Assembly (NCBI GenBank): GCA_903813345.2
Contig: CAIIXF020000001.1
Span: 7,874,001 to 7,938,000 of the forward strand
Direction of reading: 5' to 3'
DNA length: 64,000 bases
From: Owenia fusiformis
Lineage: Eukaryota
Within the stretch, counting starts at the first letter, position 1, and the number at the start of each line of letters is the position of its first letter. The notes under the pieces were generated by a model, which did no database searches, was not told the origin of the DNA, and saw only the letters and a list, made by a program, of their open reading frames with translations. This document shows, piece after piece, positions 52,234 through 64,000 of this stretch. The position numbers were made by a program, and so were the translations under genes.

Positions 52234-52345
52234 TTGTAAAACCTGTATAGGGGATATACTTTTGATCCCTTTAAAAAGTGCACTTACAGAGGTTCATGCA
52301 ACAATAAGCCCACGGGACTTTGATCCACTATACAGGTTTTATTGT
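52234..52345. mobile_element. Short Tc1/mariner(pogo)-type MITE; related ends at ~50927 and ~11095
   Basis: GTAAAACCTGTATAG ... CTATACAGGTTTTATTGTA inverted ends. Confidence 0.5.
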
Positions 52346-55300
52346 ACACTTTTATTTCATACCTTCCATTTGTGTATAATAAAAAAAATACAACATACAG
52401 GCCCATTCATTTAATAAAGTATTTATGATCTCAAATGAAAAAGGCATCAAACTGAGAGAGTATTTGTCTAAAATGATATATGTGGAATATAGCAAGACGT
52501 CACACCTTGAACAGGCCTATGAGTCAAAATGCAATTTTAATTGGAATATACTTTTATCTTGAATTAAGTGAGAAAATGAGTGAATGACCATCATTTTTGG
52601 AAGGAGTAACCATTCAAAAAATAATGGATGATCCTACCAAATAAGTCAAATAGATGATTGAGAACTTCACTTTCTCCTACTCAATCTCTTTTTATTAGAA
52701 TAACATTTGGAGATAATTCAATTTAGAAGCTGATCCAATATAGATGGAGTGAGGCGCCACAGGGTAATGAGAGGAGATACAGAATCTGTCAAAGTCAACC
52801 CATGAATCCATTGTTCCTTTAAAGGTCATATCTGGTACAAGTTAATTGCTAGTTTTTAATAATGCTTCAAGACTCTTAGTTATAAAGGCAACCTCAATAA
52901 TTACCAACCTGTATAGACTTTAGCTTCAACTTGTTGATGTAATAAAATGAGAACAATTAGAAAAGTGGCACCAGGCTGTTCAGAATGCCACTTCTGTTTA
53001 TCCAATTTTAATGAATTTCTGTAAAAGTAATTGATTTGAAACAGTAGAGTGGAGGTAGGCGGTAGCTCAGTAATATCTTCTAGCGATTTTGTAAAATACA
53101 ATACAAATTGATGCCATTGGCTTGATTAATTTTTTGTTACAATTTTCAATTTTAGATTTATCCAGACAAACTGAAGCTACAGAATTGAGATTTTCAGCAA
53201 ATATTCTAAATGCTCTTTCCAGTTGCATGTCTGCTTGGACTAACCAAATTGAATCTGAATTTATTCACTCTGTGGTTTCTGATTAACCAAATCTTTCCAA
53301 AATGAAGTGAAGACACTTTGACCTTATATTGGACTTGGTTGGTGTCTAATGATCAGTCACATGAGTCAAAGTAAAATATGGGATTGATATGACATTTTTT
53401 CATTTATTCCAAAATTCCTACAGCTCAATTTAAGTTGGTTACAAACCCTTTCCAAAAATGTCAAGAAACTTTAGAATACACAAAGGGCAATATTGGAGAA
53501 ATACATGAACATCAACCCATGTGCTACATAATGAGATATGCAGACTATATTGAATCTTGTTAATCCTTTAAATCTAAACTATTTTGAGGGCATGAATATG
53601 TTAACTTGGCGATTCTTCAAGAAATCGTCATATCATATAAAATATTGCAACCCTGATTCTGCAGAGTTTGACAACAGGAATGTGATATTCCCCGGAGTAA
53701 TAATTAGAGGTGTTTATATTCTATTCACTTACGTAAATCATTAGAGCAATTCTTCAAATCCATCTGTTGATGTAATACATTTATTGTAGATGATGCTGTG
53801 GCATTGATGAAGCTAGATGAATATACGGAATATAAACCATTCAACATGAAAGAACGGATGACTCTATTTAGGAACTTAACCCGACAATGCTGACAAAAAC
53901 TGACATAGTTACAATTGTGTATGGGAAATTTACAAATATCTTGTAAGTTGTAAGGACACTAATTAACAACAGCTTGATTCTGAAGGAAAGCACCTCCATT
54001 CCATCCTCATTGAATGTCCAACAGATACTACAACACAACACAATATACACACTGAACAACCATCCAAGATGGCCGCCTCAGGGAGAGCTGGAAGATCTCA
54101 CTCCAAAGTTACAGCAGGGATGTTAGGTGCTCAGTATGAGGTATGTAGGCTCATCTCTATCTACTACCTTAGGTATTAAATCTTATGCTTATGTAACATC
54201 TCACTCAGGTAGACCAAGGACGAATGAGACATTCAGTTAATTAACATTTTGTCCTTTAATATGTGGACTCCGGGTGCCATGTCAAATTACATTCTTAGGA
54301 ATGGAACATTATAGGACATGGTAATGAAGTAACAATATTTTGACAGGTGGCAATTTACACAACATGAGGATCTACATATACTGATTTAAATGGTTAGACA
54401 ATGCATCATAGGGAATGGGGTGGTTCACATCATTGTATTGGTATGCACATACCCTAGCTATCTCTGTTACTTCATCATGACCAGCATGGAGGGCAGAGAA
54501 ACTCACCGATTTTTCTAAAGAATATTCTATTGATTTAGGATTAGTTGTATAATAGAGAAGTTTGAAGGTTTTAATTTTGAAAGTTTAATTGTTTCATTCA
54601 TGAATTGGTTTATTAGACCTGTAGTATAGTATGTCTTGAACAAATGACATAATCATTTCACTGTCATATTCCCCACTCTCTCATTGGTCTTACATAACAT
54701 AACATATGCATAAAAATAAAGACATATTCAACACCCATGCCTGTGGCATCAGAAAAAGGGCATTTTCAATAGGCGTATTCACCAGGTGTGGCGTTTTGTC
54801 CAGTGTAAATCTGAAATGATACGAAAAGAATCTTAATCATTCTTGTTTTGTTAGAGATTCCCAATAAGAGTGGTGAATATAAAAGTGAATAACGAATAAT
54901 ACAAATATTTCATACTATTTTAAGTGAAATACACCTTGCTTTAATCATTGAACGTGCAACAGGTGTTCAACTCAGTTGTATGAAATATTTGTTTAGTATT
55001 TTGTTGCATATAATTTGGATAAAAAATATAATTGCAAACATGTAGTTTTTTACTGATGGAATGATATAAGTTGAGTAGATGTTTTGCCAATTGACATCCT
55101 AAGAATTGTTAGGTGATAATGTATTTGTCATCTATGCTACATCTCATGCTACAACTGAACTCATGAAAATTGAATTAAACAAGATCAACTATGAACATGT
55201 TAAAATAACACGTAAAATACCTCTTAACTGAAAGTTTATACGAGCACCACAAACTACAAACTACACAATATGCAACCAAAAGAAAGAAGGTGGACATATT

Positions 55301-56155
55301 TCTACTGGTTGAGGCAAAATCAACCAATGTTCTTCTGAGAAAATTAGAATTTCAACAAGGGTGTTTTAACAGAACATTGGTATCTCAGAACATATATTTC
55401 AGAATATTGGTTGATTGACTCTCAACCATTAAATGTAACTGTACAGGAGTTGCCTCCATTTTGGTTGGAACGCAGTGCAGCCTCGTTTCGAACAGCTAAG
55501 CGTGGCTGCGCTGCGTCACATCTGTCCACCTTGAAACAAATACTTGTAACATATTAGATTCCATCAGGATGAAATAAGATATTTTCATGTGTTAACCTTG
55601 TGAATATATATTGAATAACAACAAAAAAAATATCCAGATTATGCACTTTTATTCTTGAAAGAAGACTCCTTAATGTCATCATCAGTTTTATACTCAACAA
55701 GACTTCCTACTCTCTAAATTCATCCTGATGGAATGTAAATGCAATCATTCTGTGGCGTGTGTCATTTCCTATTTGATTATAGTGTCATTAAATACTTGGA
55801 TGGTTATCTAGGGAGATTCATAAACAATATTTACCTTAATAAAGGTTCCACTTCATCTTCATAATAAGCTACAAGTATTATCCTGTGTTACAGGGTACAT
55901 AACACATAATAATGCTATGTAGGTAAAAGTAATACTTCATAATTATATACAAATACTTCATTCTTTTTTCGATGAGTACATGATGATCTTTCACAATTAA
56001 GCGATATTCCACAGTCTCTGGAGTATCACATTGTGAATGGGCAATGGATATAGAAATATGTGTAAGCCTTGTGAATTTAATCATACTGTATATGTATATA
56101 GCCACACTGATGTATAAGATAATCATGCTCATGTCAGACACCATATGCATATATA

Positions 56156-56873
56156 CAGGGTTGACCATACTTTTATTTGCTATAACTTTTTAATAGAAGG
56201 ATTTCTAATATATTTTCACAGGAGATGCAGCAATAAGGTAAACAATCAATCCAAAAATGGCACAATTATATCTATAAATGTATATGAATGAATAAGTTTA
56301 ACAGTCAATATGGGTATGAATGTAAACACCCGGTCTCAAGGTAATGTTTGATATTACAATTTTACTGTGATTTTAGTTATACCCCATATATTGGAACCAG
56401 ATGCACGTCTTATACACATTATGATTTGTGCTACAATATTGCAACAACAATTATTCAGGGGTAAAAGTTAAAGCATTTGGGAAGGCCGTGAAACCAAGAA
56501 AGATTAGATGAAATGGTTCAAAATCAAGAAAAACAGAACTCTTATGGTGAGACTAGCAAAGTATTAATCTGAGTCCTAAACATTGAGTTTTATTATAATT
56601 TGTGGGCTTAATCTAGCACCTTACTGAATATTCCTTACTATAACAAAGATCTACTGGTTAAGTATTTCCTATTAAGGCAGACTTTGTTGGTTTCTCTTCT
56701 TTTTAGACTTGCACCTCATATTTATCTGGGCAAATTTCAGAATATCCAAAAATCCTACCTTAGGTTTATTTATCCAATTTAAGAAATAATAGCATGAATA
56801 ATTATTACATATTTATCAAAAATATTTTTCAAATATTTGCATTGTCTAAAAGGATGTTTTTTGGCACACCCTG
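56156..56873. mobile_element. Degenerate Tc1/mariner-type MITE
   Basis: TA|CAGGGTTGACCA ... TTGGCACACCCTG|TA. Confidence 0.5.
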
Positions 56874-57084
56874 TAATATTTAATTTCCTCCGAAGCTTAA
56901 TAGTTACAGAAAAATAATCATTATAGGAGAGGGAACACTTCTATAACTTCTCCCCTGTGTGTATAATTGTACATCAAGCACATAATCTTACAGATATCTG
57001 TTAAAAAACAATAGAAAAACAGGAATCCATTGAGGGGAAAATTACATTGTATTTATGATATTATATAATAAAGATGTATTGAGA

Positions 57085-57252
57085 CAGGCCCATACCCAGG
57101 ATTTGCCAAGGGGGGTTCACTTTTTGAAAAATTCCAGGGGGGTTCACTTGTGACAATATTGGTCCAAAAATGGCCCAAATCACTTAAAAAGTGGTCAGAA
57201 TGGTGAAAAACTGCATGATTTTGAAAGATGTTTGGCCCTGGCTACAAGCCTG
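57085..57252. mobile_element. 168-bp MITE with CAGG termini and 5-bp TSD TGAGA
   Basis: CAGGCCCATACCCAGG / CCTGGCTACAAGCCTG imperfect TIRs. TGAGA at 57080-57084 and 57253-57257. Confidence 0.65.
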
Positions 57253-59587
57253 TGAGATATATTCTATTCATAACTGTCAAACAAAAAACTAATAGTACAT
57301 ATCAGTATGGGCATAAAATCGTTAATTCCATGATATCATCAAACTTCAATTCAATACATGCAGTATATAATGATTAACTGTCAATTTATTGCACAACTCA
57401 TAAAGCTTTTGATGACACTAAAACAATCAATACTTTTCACCTAATGTTATTTTTGACATTTCTTGCCAAATTGCAATTAAGAAACCTGTTTCCAGCATCT
57501 TCAAATTTTACAAGTGTACTCAAGATAGCCTCAAAGTCAATAGTTAAAAGATATGATGAATGTTACTTGTAAGTGGTTTCAACACATTTGTTCGCCATTA
57601 GACACTCATGAATTGTCATGGGAATTTCTGATTTCAAAATTAGTTTTTCCATACAAAGCTTTGTCTTGTTTTTTCATGTGTAGTCTATTATTATGTTGAA
57701 GTTGAACATGTTGGAAGTCTCATATAAATACATGTATTTTCTTCAATTATAAGGTTAGTTGCAGCATTAAAATATGGACACAGACATCCCTGAAAATTAT
57801 CAAAATGAAGTTCTGTAGGAACAAACAACAAAGACATTTGATTCTCCAACAGGAAACTGGGAGATACACCTTGTGTCTTTCAGCTAAAACATGTAAAAGT
57901 ATATCCATATATTTATTCACAATTTCACAATCTTTTAATAACCCATATGTTGTCATGGTAGTCTAGTTTACTATTTATTCTAGTCATTTCAGCACTATAG
58001 GTCACTCGGGATCAATGCTTTATTTTAGTGATTGATTAGATTTTGATATCTAAAATAAAATATTATGATTGGAGGACTTTTCTTTTTTCTTTATGTCATA
58101 GAATTTTTTGATTCTACTTGCCATGGATATCAGATTCAGTCAGAAGATATAGTACAAACTATTTAGCATGTCATGATTTCCACATTAATACATTATACAC
58201 TATAGTATAAATGACACAACCTTACATAATAGGATAATAGCTGATTTAATACAGCATTTCATTATAGAGACAATTTCATTTCAAAATATTTTAGACCATG
58301 TCATTGCTCATAGTACAACTGCATGCCTGATCAACCTTGATATAACAGTCATAATCAATCACTATAAACGATGTTTTCACGCAATAAACTTCTAGATGGT
58401 AATGAAGATGGAAAAAATAATATTAACCAGAGTAGCCAGTTAAGGTAGTTCTTCAATAAGATATCACTCAGATTCATTGACAGACATAGTTTGCTTATTA
58501 AAGGCATGTCATGTTCATGTCAAATGTTATCTTTGCTGATTTATTAGATGGATATCAATTCTTCAAAGGCTTCAAAAGGCAATGATCCTGGCCCCTTCTC
58601 AACTTAGATCTTGCAGTTTTGAGTCTTCAGGATGAGCACCAGACAATCATATGAATGGATTTTTGTCACATATTTTATGGTCATATAATTAGGTTTAACG
58701 ACTAACCATTAGGATTTAATTATTCATGTTAGGCCTATTCGTCATTTGTGAAGACTGGCCTATTGTTTTACATGTACTACACTAAACATGTAAAGTAAAG
58801 TAAATATAATGGTTATGACACCAATCGAAGTCAATAACTTGTCATTTTGCTGAATCCAGATGAGAATGGTGACATATTTGTATATTTGTATCTGTATAAG
58901 TACCCAGAACACTACAGCTTTATAGAAGCATTTGGGTGACCATTTAGGAGTTTCAAAAGCAAACAAATCATAAAGACATTTACAATATTTGAGATCTAAT
59001 ATAACATGATGTAACCATACTTTGAATAGATCTCCTAGTAATAGCAAATTCCTGTTCTTGACAGCCATTTTGAATTTTCTGAGGCACGAATCAGAAAAAC
59101 AATACCATAGTTGTGATCTAGTCTAAACTTCCTTCTATTTGAGAAAAATATAGCCATACTTTGAAGAGATCAGAAAATTATTGCAAAATTCCACATTAAG
59201 CAGCCATTTTGAATTTTAAGAGCCCCAATCAGAAAAAAATTATATATTATAGTTCTAAATTGCCTTAAATCGTAAGATCTCAAAATTAATCAAAATTTCT
59301 GTTTTCCCGATCCCCCATCTACTGCCCCTGGGGGTGGGGGTGAAAAACATGGCACATGTGTGAAATAGATAAATGTTGTGAATATACTACCAACATTTCA
59401 AAAAAATAATATTAATTACTTTAGTTTAAAATGAAAAACTTCTAAAGCAGTAGGCATCTTGAATTTGTTTGTTATTCACCAATATACATCTTTCCACCAA
59501 ATATGAAGAAAATCTGTTTGCTAGTATTCAAATTATCTTCCAGATGGATGGATAAACTGACTGACAGATGGACAGACAGCTTCACTA

Positions 59588-60172
59588 CAGGGTGGGCCAA
59601 AAAAACGCCACTTTTTTTTCAAAATGCTATAACTTTTTTAATTTTTGGTACAAAATCATAATTTGCATACCAAATGAAACTTAAAGTTGTTATCTAGCCA
59701 TGCATTGTACACTTTTACTTGAATAAAATATGTCACCAGCGTCTCACTTAAACATGTGGTGTGCCATGAGAAATAAGCATAATTTGTAAAATGTTCCTGA
59801 ACTGATATGGCCTGATGACTGCCAACCCCAGTGAGTTTAGGGTATGGGAAGGTCCCCAGGAGATTGTATGAAGGCACTCAATCTAGAACATTGCTCAATA
59901 AAGCTGGCAATTAAGACATGTTGAAAGATTTTTAGTTAACATTCCATTGATACTGCTATATCAGCAAGGCGACTAAAACTAAAATCTATCATCAAATAGG
60001 GTGGCAGACCAATTGAACTCCTCTTTTAGATCAAATATTATCCAAGTTGAAGGACTCGTTACATTATATTATTACTAAGGACCCCTGACACTATATAACT
60101 GCAAAGTTTGGGGTATGTAGGTTGGAAAATAAAAAAGTCTTGAAAAAAAGTGGCGTTTTTTGGCCCACCCTG
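59588..60172. mobile_element. 585-bp Tc1/mariner-type MITE
   Basis: TA|CAGGGTGGGCCAAAAAAACGCCACTTTTTTTTCAA ... TTGAAAAAAAGTGGCGTTTTTTGGCCCACCCTG|TA. Confidence 0.9.
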
Positions 60173-60937
60173 TATATCGCTACCTAACTTCATTTGTTGG
60201 GATATTGAAATTTCAGATTGAGCAGAGGTAAGCATTTTTCTGGAGCTTGGACTACAAGATTAATATGGCATGATACAAGAATGGTGAAACATATGAAGCT
60301 TACACAAAGCCTTATATAGAGGGTCATAGAGCTCATATGGATGGGTACTGTCCTCAGTCAGAGAGACCTGAGCCAAAACAATAGGTCCCATATGGCCTTA
60401 TATGTCAATATAGGAGCATCATAAGACATATTCAGTCCTGCATTAGTCACTTTGTACCCCAGCTTCAAATACAAAATCATCATATTTCCCTACTAACACA
60501 CATCTATTATTCCACTGAGAGTTACAATTTGATACCAAGATGTCTGACTGTAAAGTATACAGTCCCACAGGGACAAGTGAATAATGAGCTATTTAGATAC
60601 CGAATTAAAAGCTTCCGGCTTCATATCACTGAAACAAATATTACATATTGTTGGTTATTGACAATTCACAACTAAGACTAGAGTTTAATATGTGCATAAT
60701 TGTGTATGAATAAGTGCAAACAGAAAGACCAAAGAAAATTGCACAACTTTAAAGGAAACTTAAAACCTAAACCTACACATGAGGAAAATGAACCCCTAAT
60801 ATAAAAAAATATGATCTAATGTGCAAAGAAACGATATCTAATAGCCTAACTAATGTTCTCCTTTCCCCATCAATCAAGAATTAATATCACAATCCAAAAC
60901 CACAGCACCATGGGGAAGTACTCCGTTCCTCAAATCA

Positions 60938-61455
60938 AAACACATGTTGAAGAACACATCTCACTCCAATCACAACACATGTTGAAGAACACATCTCACT
61001 CCAATCACAACACATGTTGAAGAACACATCTCACTCCAATCACAACACATGTTGAAGAACACATCTCACTCTAATCACAACACATGTTGAAGAACACATC
61101 TCACTCCAATCACAACACATGTTGAAGAACACATCTTACTCCAATCACAACACATGTTGAAGAACACATCTCACTCCAATCACAACACATGTTGAAGAAC
61201 ACATCTCACTCCAATCACAACACATGTTGAAGAACACATCTCACTCTAATCACAACACATGTTGAAGAACACATCTCACTCTAATCACAACACATGTTGA
61301 AGAACACATCTCACTCCAATCACAACACATGTTGAAGAACACATCTCACTCCAATCACAACACATGTTGAAGAACACATCTCACTCCAATCACAACACAT
61401 GTTGAAGAACACATCTCACTCCAATCACAACACAAGTTGAAGAACACATCTCACT
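60938..61455. repeat. 35-bp tandem repeat, ~14.5 near-identical copies
   Basis: Unit AACACATGTTGAAGAACACATCTCACTCCAATCAC, head-to-tail with no spacers. Confidence 0.97.
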
Positions 61456-63218
61456 GCGAGTCAAAAATACGCTTTCACCAAAAACATTTGGGTCACATAT
61501 TGAACTTATGCATGTTTGAACAAATAATGAATACTATTTCAAAATTATGTGAGATAATATTTTATATGATGATCAGGACAATGCTTTAAACTCATGTGAA
61601 AGACACATTTGTATAGGAAAATGAATGCTTATATATAAAGTTATCCAAAAAGTAAAATTATTACATTTGAATTAGTTCTACAGGCAAACTGTCTACAAAG
61701 CAATCATCTAAGTTACACAATACAATTTCCCCTAACCTAAATGTATTAACTTTGATCCAAGTTATGAATAATTTCTCCTATTTAAACATACCAGAAATCT
61801 ACTATGAATCAAAGCCAATAACTATTGTCAATATACTGTGGATCTACATATCCATATCTTTTCCATAAATCAATAACATATTTTGAACATATTGCTAGTG
61901 GCATTTTTATTCCACATAAAATTCCAGCCTTTGAGATTAAACGTTAATCTCCATATAATCCTAATATTTATGATCCAAGGGTAAAAAGCTAGGATCAATG
62001 TTCCCATTTGTTAGCAGAGAGCTCGTTCTGAGCTTTGAAATGATTGCAATGTCACTACAAGTATAGTTTGAAACAACAATCAGTTATTAGTATGGAATAA
62101 TTTATTTCATTATGTTTTATACAATCAAGGCTTTAATAGTCTTTCACAAATCAAATTAAGTCACATATTATTTCCTGACAATCAAGGGATTTGATGATGA
62201 AATCAAACAAGACCACTATAAAATCACAGTTGCAATGGGGAAATGAGGATCCACAGCCCTGTGCTCACACAGTAGAATTTATCCACATTATGTTTGGAAA
62301 GAATTAACTTTGTGCAGAAAAAATCTTTTTGTCCAAATTACAGTCGGTTACAAGGTCATTAAGTTACTCTGACTTAGACTTAGGTAGGTTTGTTACTGAG
62401 TAAGTCCAACGACCACCGAGCGGTCAGTGTTTTCCACTGGTAGCCTCAAAACAGGGTTTGAAGAAAATGTGTAAAAGACCGACCATATCATGTAAAAGAC
62501 TGAACATATTTGTAGCCTTAAAATATTAATAATTTGATTTTGAATGTCAATCGTTGGACTAGGCAACGTTTTTTACCGATTTTGTACCTTGCAACGAATG
62601 GAAAGCAAACAAATTGGTCATGACCGTCTCCTCTCGATTAATTGTCCTGCCTTAGGTCCTAACCTATCATTAACCAACCTATCGTTTCTACGGGAATCTA
62701 TCCTAATTCTTTACTGAAATTTAACAATTTCGAAACAAAAATGATTTGTTATCGTCATAGCCTATACTGAATACTGAACACGATATAATGTTACATGCGT
62801 TCTCTTATCGGGATTAAAAGTGACTTACCATTTCAGTACACCATTAGAAAGCTTTTTTGTCATATCAAATGTAGTTTTTACCAGTTGACGTTTAACAACT
62901 GAGAAATCAAACATAACGTTACGACGTCAACATCGACGATGTTTGTGTGTTTTTGTTATTGCGTTTCATATGAATGAACTTAATGCAATGTTATGTGCGT
63001 TTTTTTTTCCAAAGTGACTAACCAGGATGAAACTGGTCTTCTAACAACTGAAACATCACTTAAAAATATGACATTACACACCACGACGATGTAACGTTTT
63101 CATCGTGATTTGAAATTGATTAATTATACGTTTTTAAATCACGACCTAGTAAAGGTACTATAGTCATTGGATTCCCAGTTTTAGTTTTACTTCTAATTTT
63201 GCAATTTTTCATCTTTAT

Positions 63219-63311
63219 GTAAAAGACCGTCAGCCGACCACCGACCACATGTACCCAACTGTGGAGAGTGACTGGTCGGCGGTTGGTGGTCGGCGGTCGG
63301 TGTTTTTCGTA
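63219..63311. mobile_element. Small palindromic MITE-like element
   Basis: AAAAGACCG...CCGACCACCGACCAC pairs with GGTCGGCGGTTGGTGGTCGGCGGTCGGTGTTTT. A related fragment lies at ~62408-62435. Confidence 0.5.
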
Positions 63312-64000
63312 AACCCTTTTCAACCACAAAACCTGCCATTAACTTTATATTATGAGAAAGTTCCCTGAAAATGAAATCCTACTTTTTCTTAAATGTTATA
63401 GAATAAACATTGAATTCCAAGTCAACTATGTGAGCACAGATGAAAAGAAACATAGAAAAATACAACCATTTTAAAACCGTTTAACCGTTCCGTTTAATGG
63501 AACAGCTCCCTACATTCTAAACAATGATCCAACACATGAAGACATGAAATGTTGAAAAACTTCAATAATGAAAAATATATTTTCCTTCTTAATTACATTG
63601 TGTTCATCATACTGTAACTGCTGTCACCCTACATACAAACATCATTTGACCAATAATTAGGCCTGCCATAATGGTATTCTGGTGATGTCCTGAAATCATT
63701 TACAATAATGAACATCCTCATTTTTACCAAGTAGTACTTTAAATCAGAATCCTAAGGGACAATTTGACATGTTTACTGAGCATTGCTTCTAACACTTTTC
63801 CATTCTGCTACTGAAGACTTTCTCTGCCTTGCAAATGAACTGATGTGATCTCTCACACTGTGATTCTACATACTCTCTATCCTTAGTGGCCACCTTAAAT
63901 GTGGGGGCAGATTATGATTAATTCAAATTATTGACAATAATTTCATTTATGGCAATGTGAGAGTCGGTTAAGGTTTAGGTATGAACAAGCCCTAAGAAGA

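Noticed and set aside
60938-61455. 35-bp repeats as a CRISPR array
   Set aside because: The units are head-to-tail with no unique spacers, there are no cas genes, and the context is eukaryotic. The same applies to the 79- and 80-bp arrays.
47930-64000. Short 60-100 aa ORFs in the ORF track as genes
   Set aside because: AT-rich, with no recognisable motifs and no consistent splice-phase chain; several overlap MITEs.

Overview
AT-rich animal genomic DNA (invertebrate-like; the taxon cannot be fixed from this sequence) with spliced GT-AG genes. (1) On +, 4868-20890 holds the 3' part (16 exons) of a gene that joins the C-terminal half of a divergent kinesin motor domain to a CCDC78-like coiled-coil region. 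(2) A complete 3-exon ependymin-related (EPDR-like) secreted-protein gene is nested antisense in its largest intron (12310-14714, -). (3) A complete 7-exon MED8 gene lies at 23715-31694 (+). (4) The most striking object is an apparently very young 8960-bp LTR retroelement (38374-47333). It has near-identical 2774-bp LTRs, a tRNA-Leu PBS, a PPT, a 4-bp TSD and one 971-aa Gag-like ORF but no pol. It sits inside a 79-bp tandem repeat and is strongly enriched for the pentamer GAGTA/TACTC everywhere except the capsid/zinc-knuckle core. The rest is dense with non-autonomous DNA elements (a 1-kb CAC...GTG foldback with a 5-bp TSD splitting a LINE fragment, Helentron-type HINEs, Tc1/mariner-type MITEs, nested insertions) and several minisatellites. 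No gene could be supported in 48-64 kb. All coordinates and counts were read by eye; no database searches were run.
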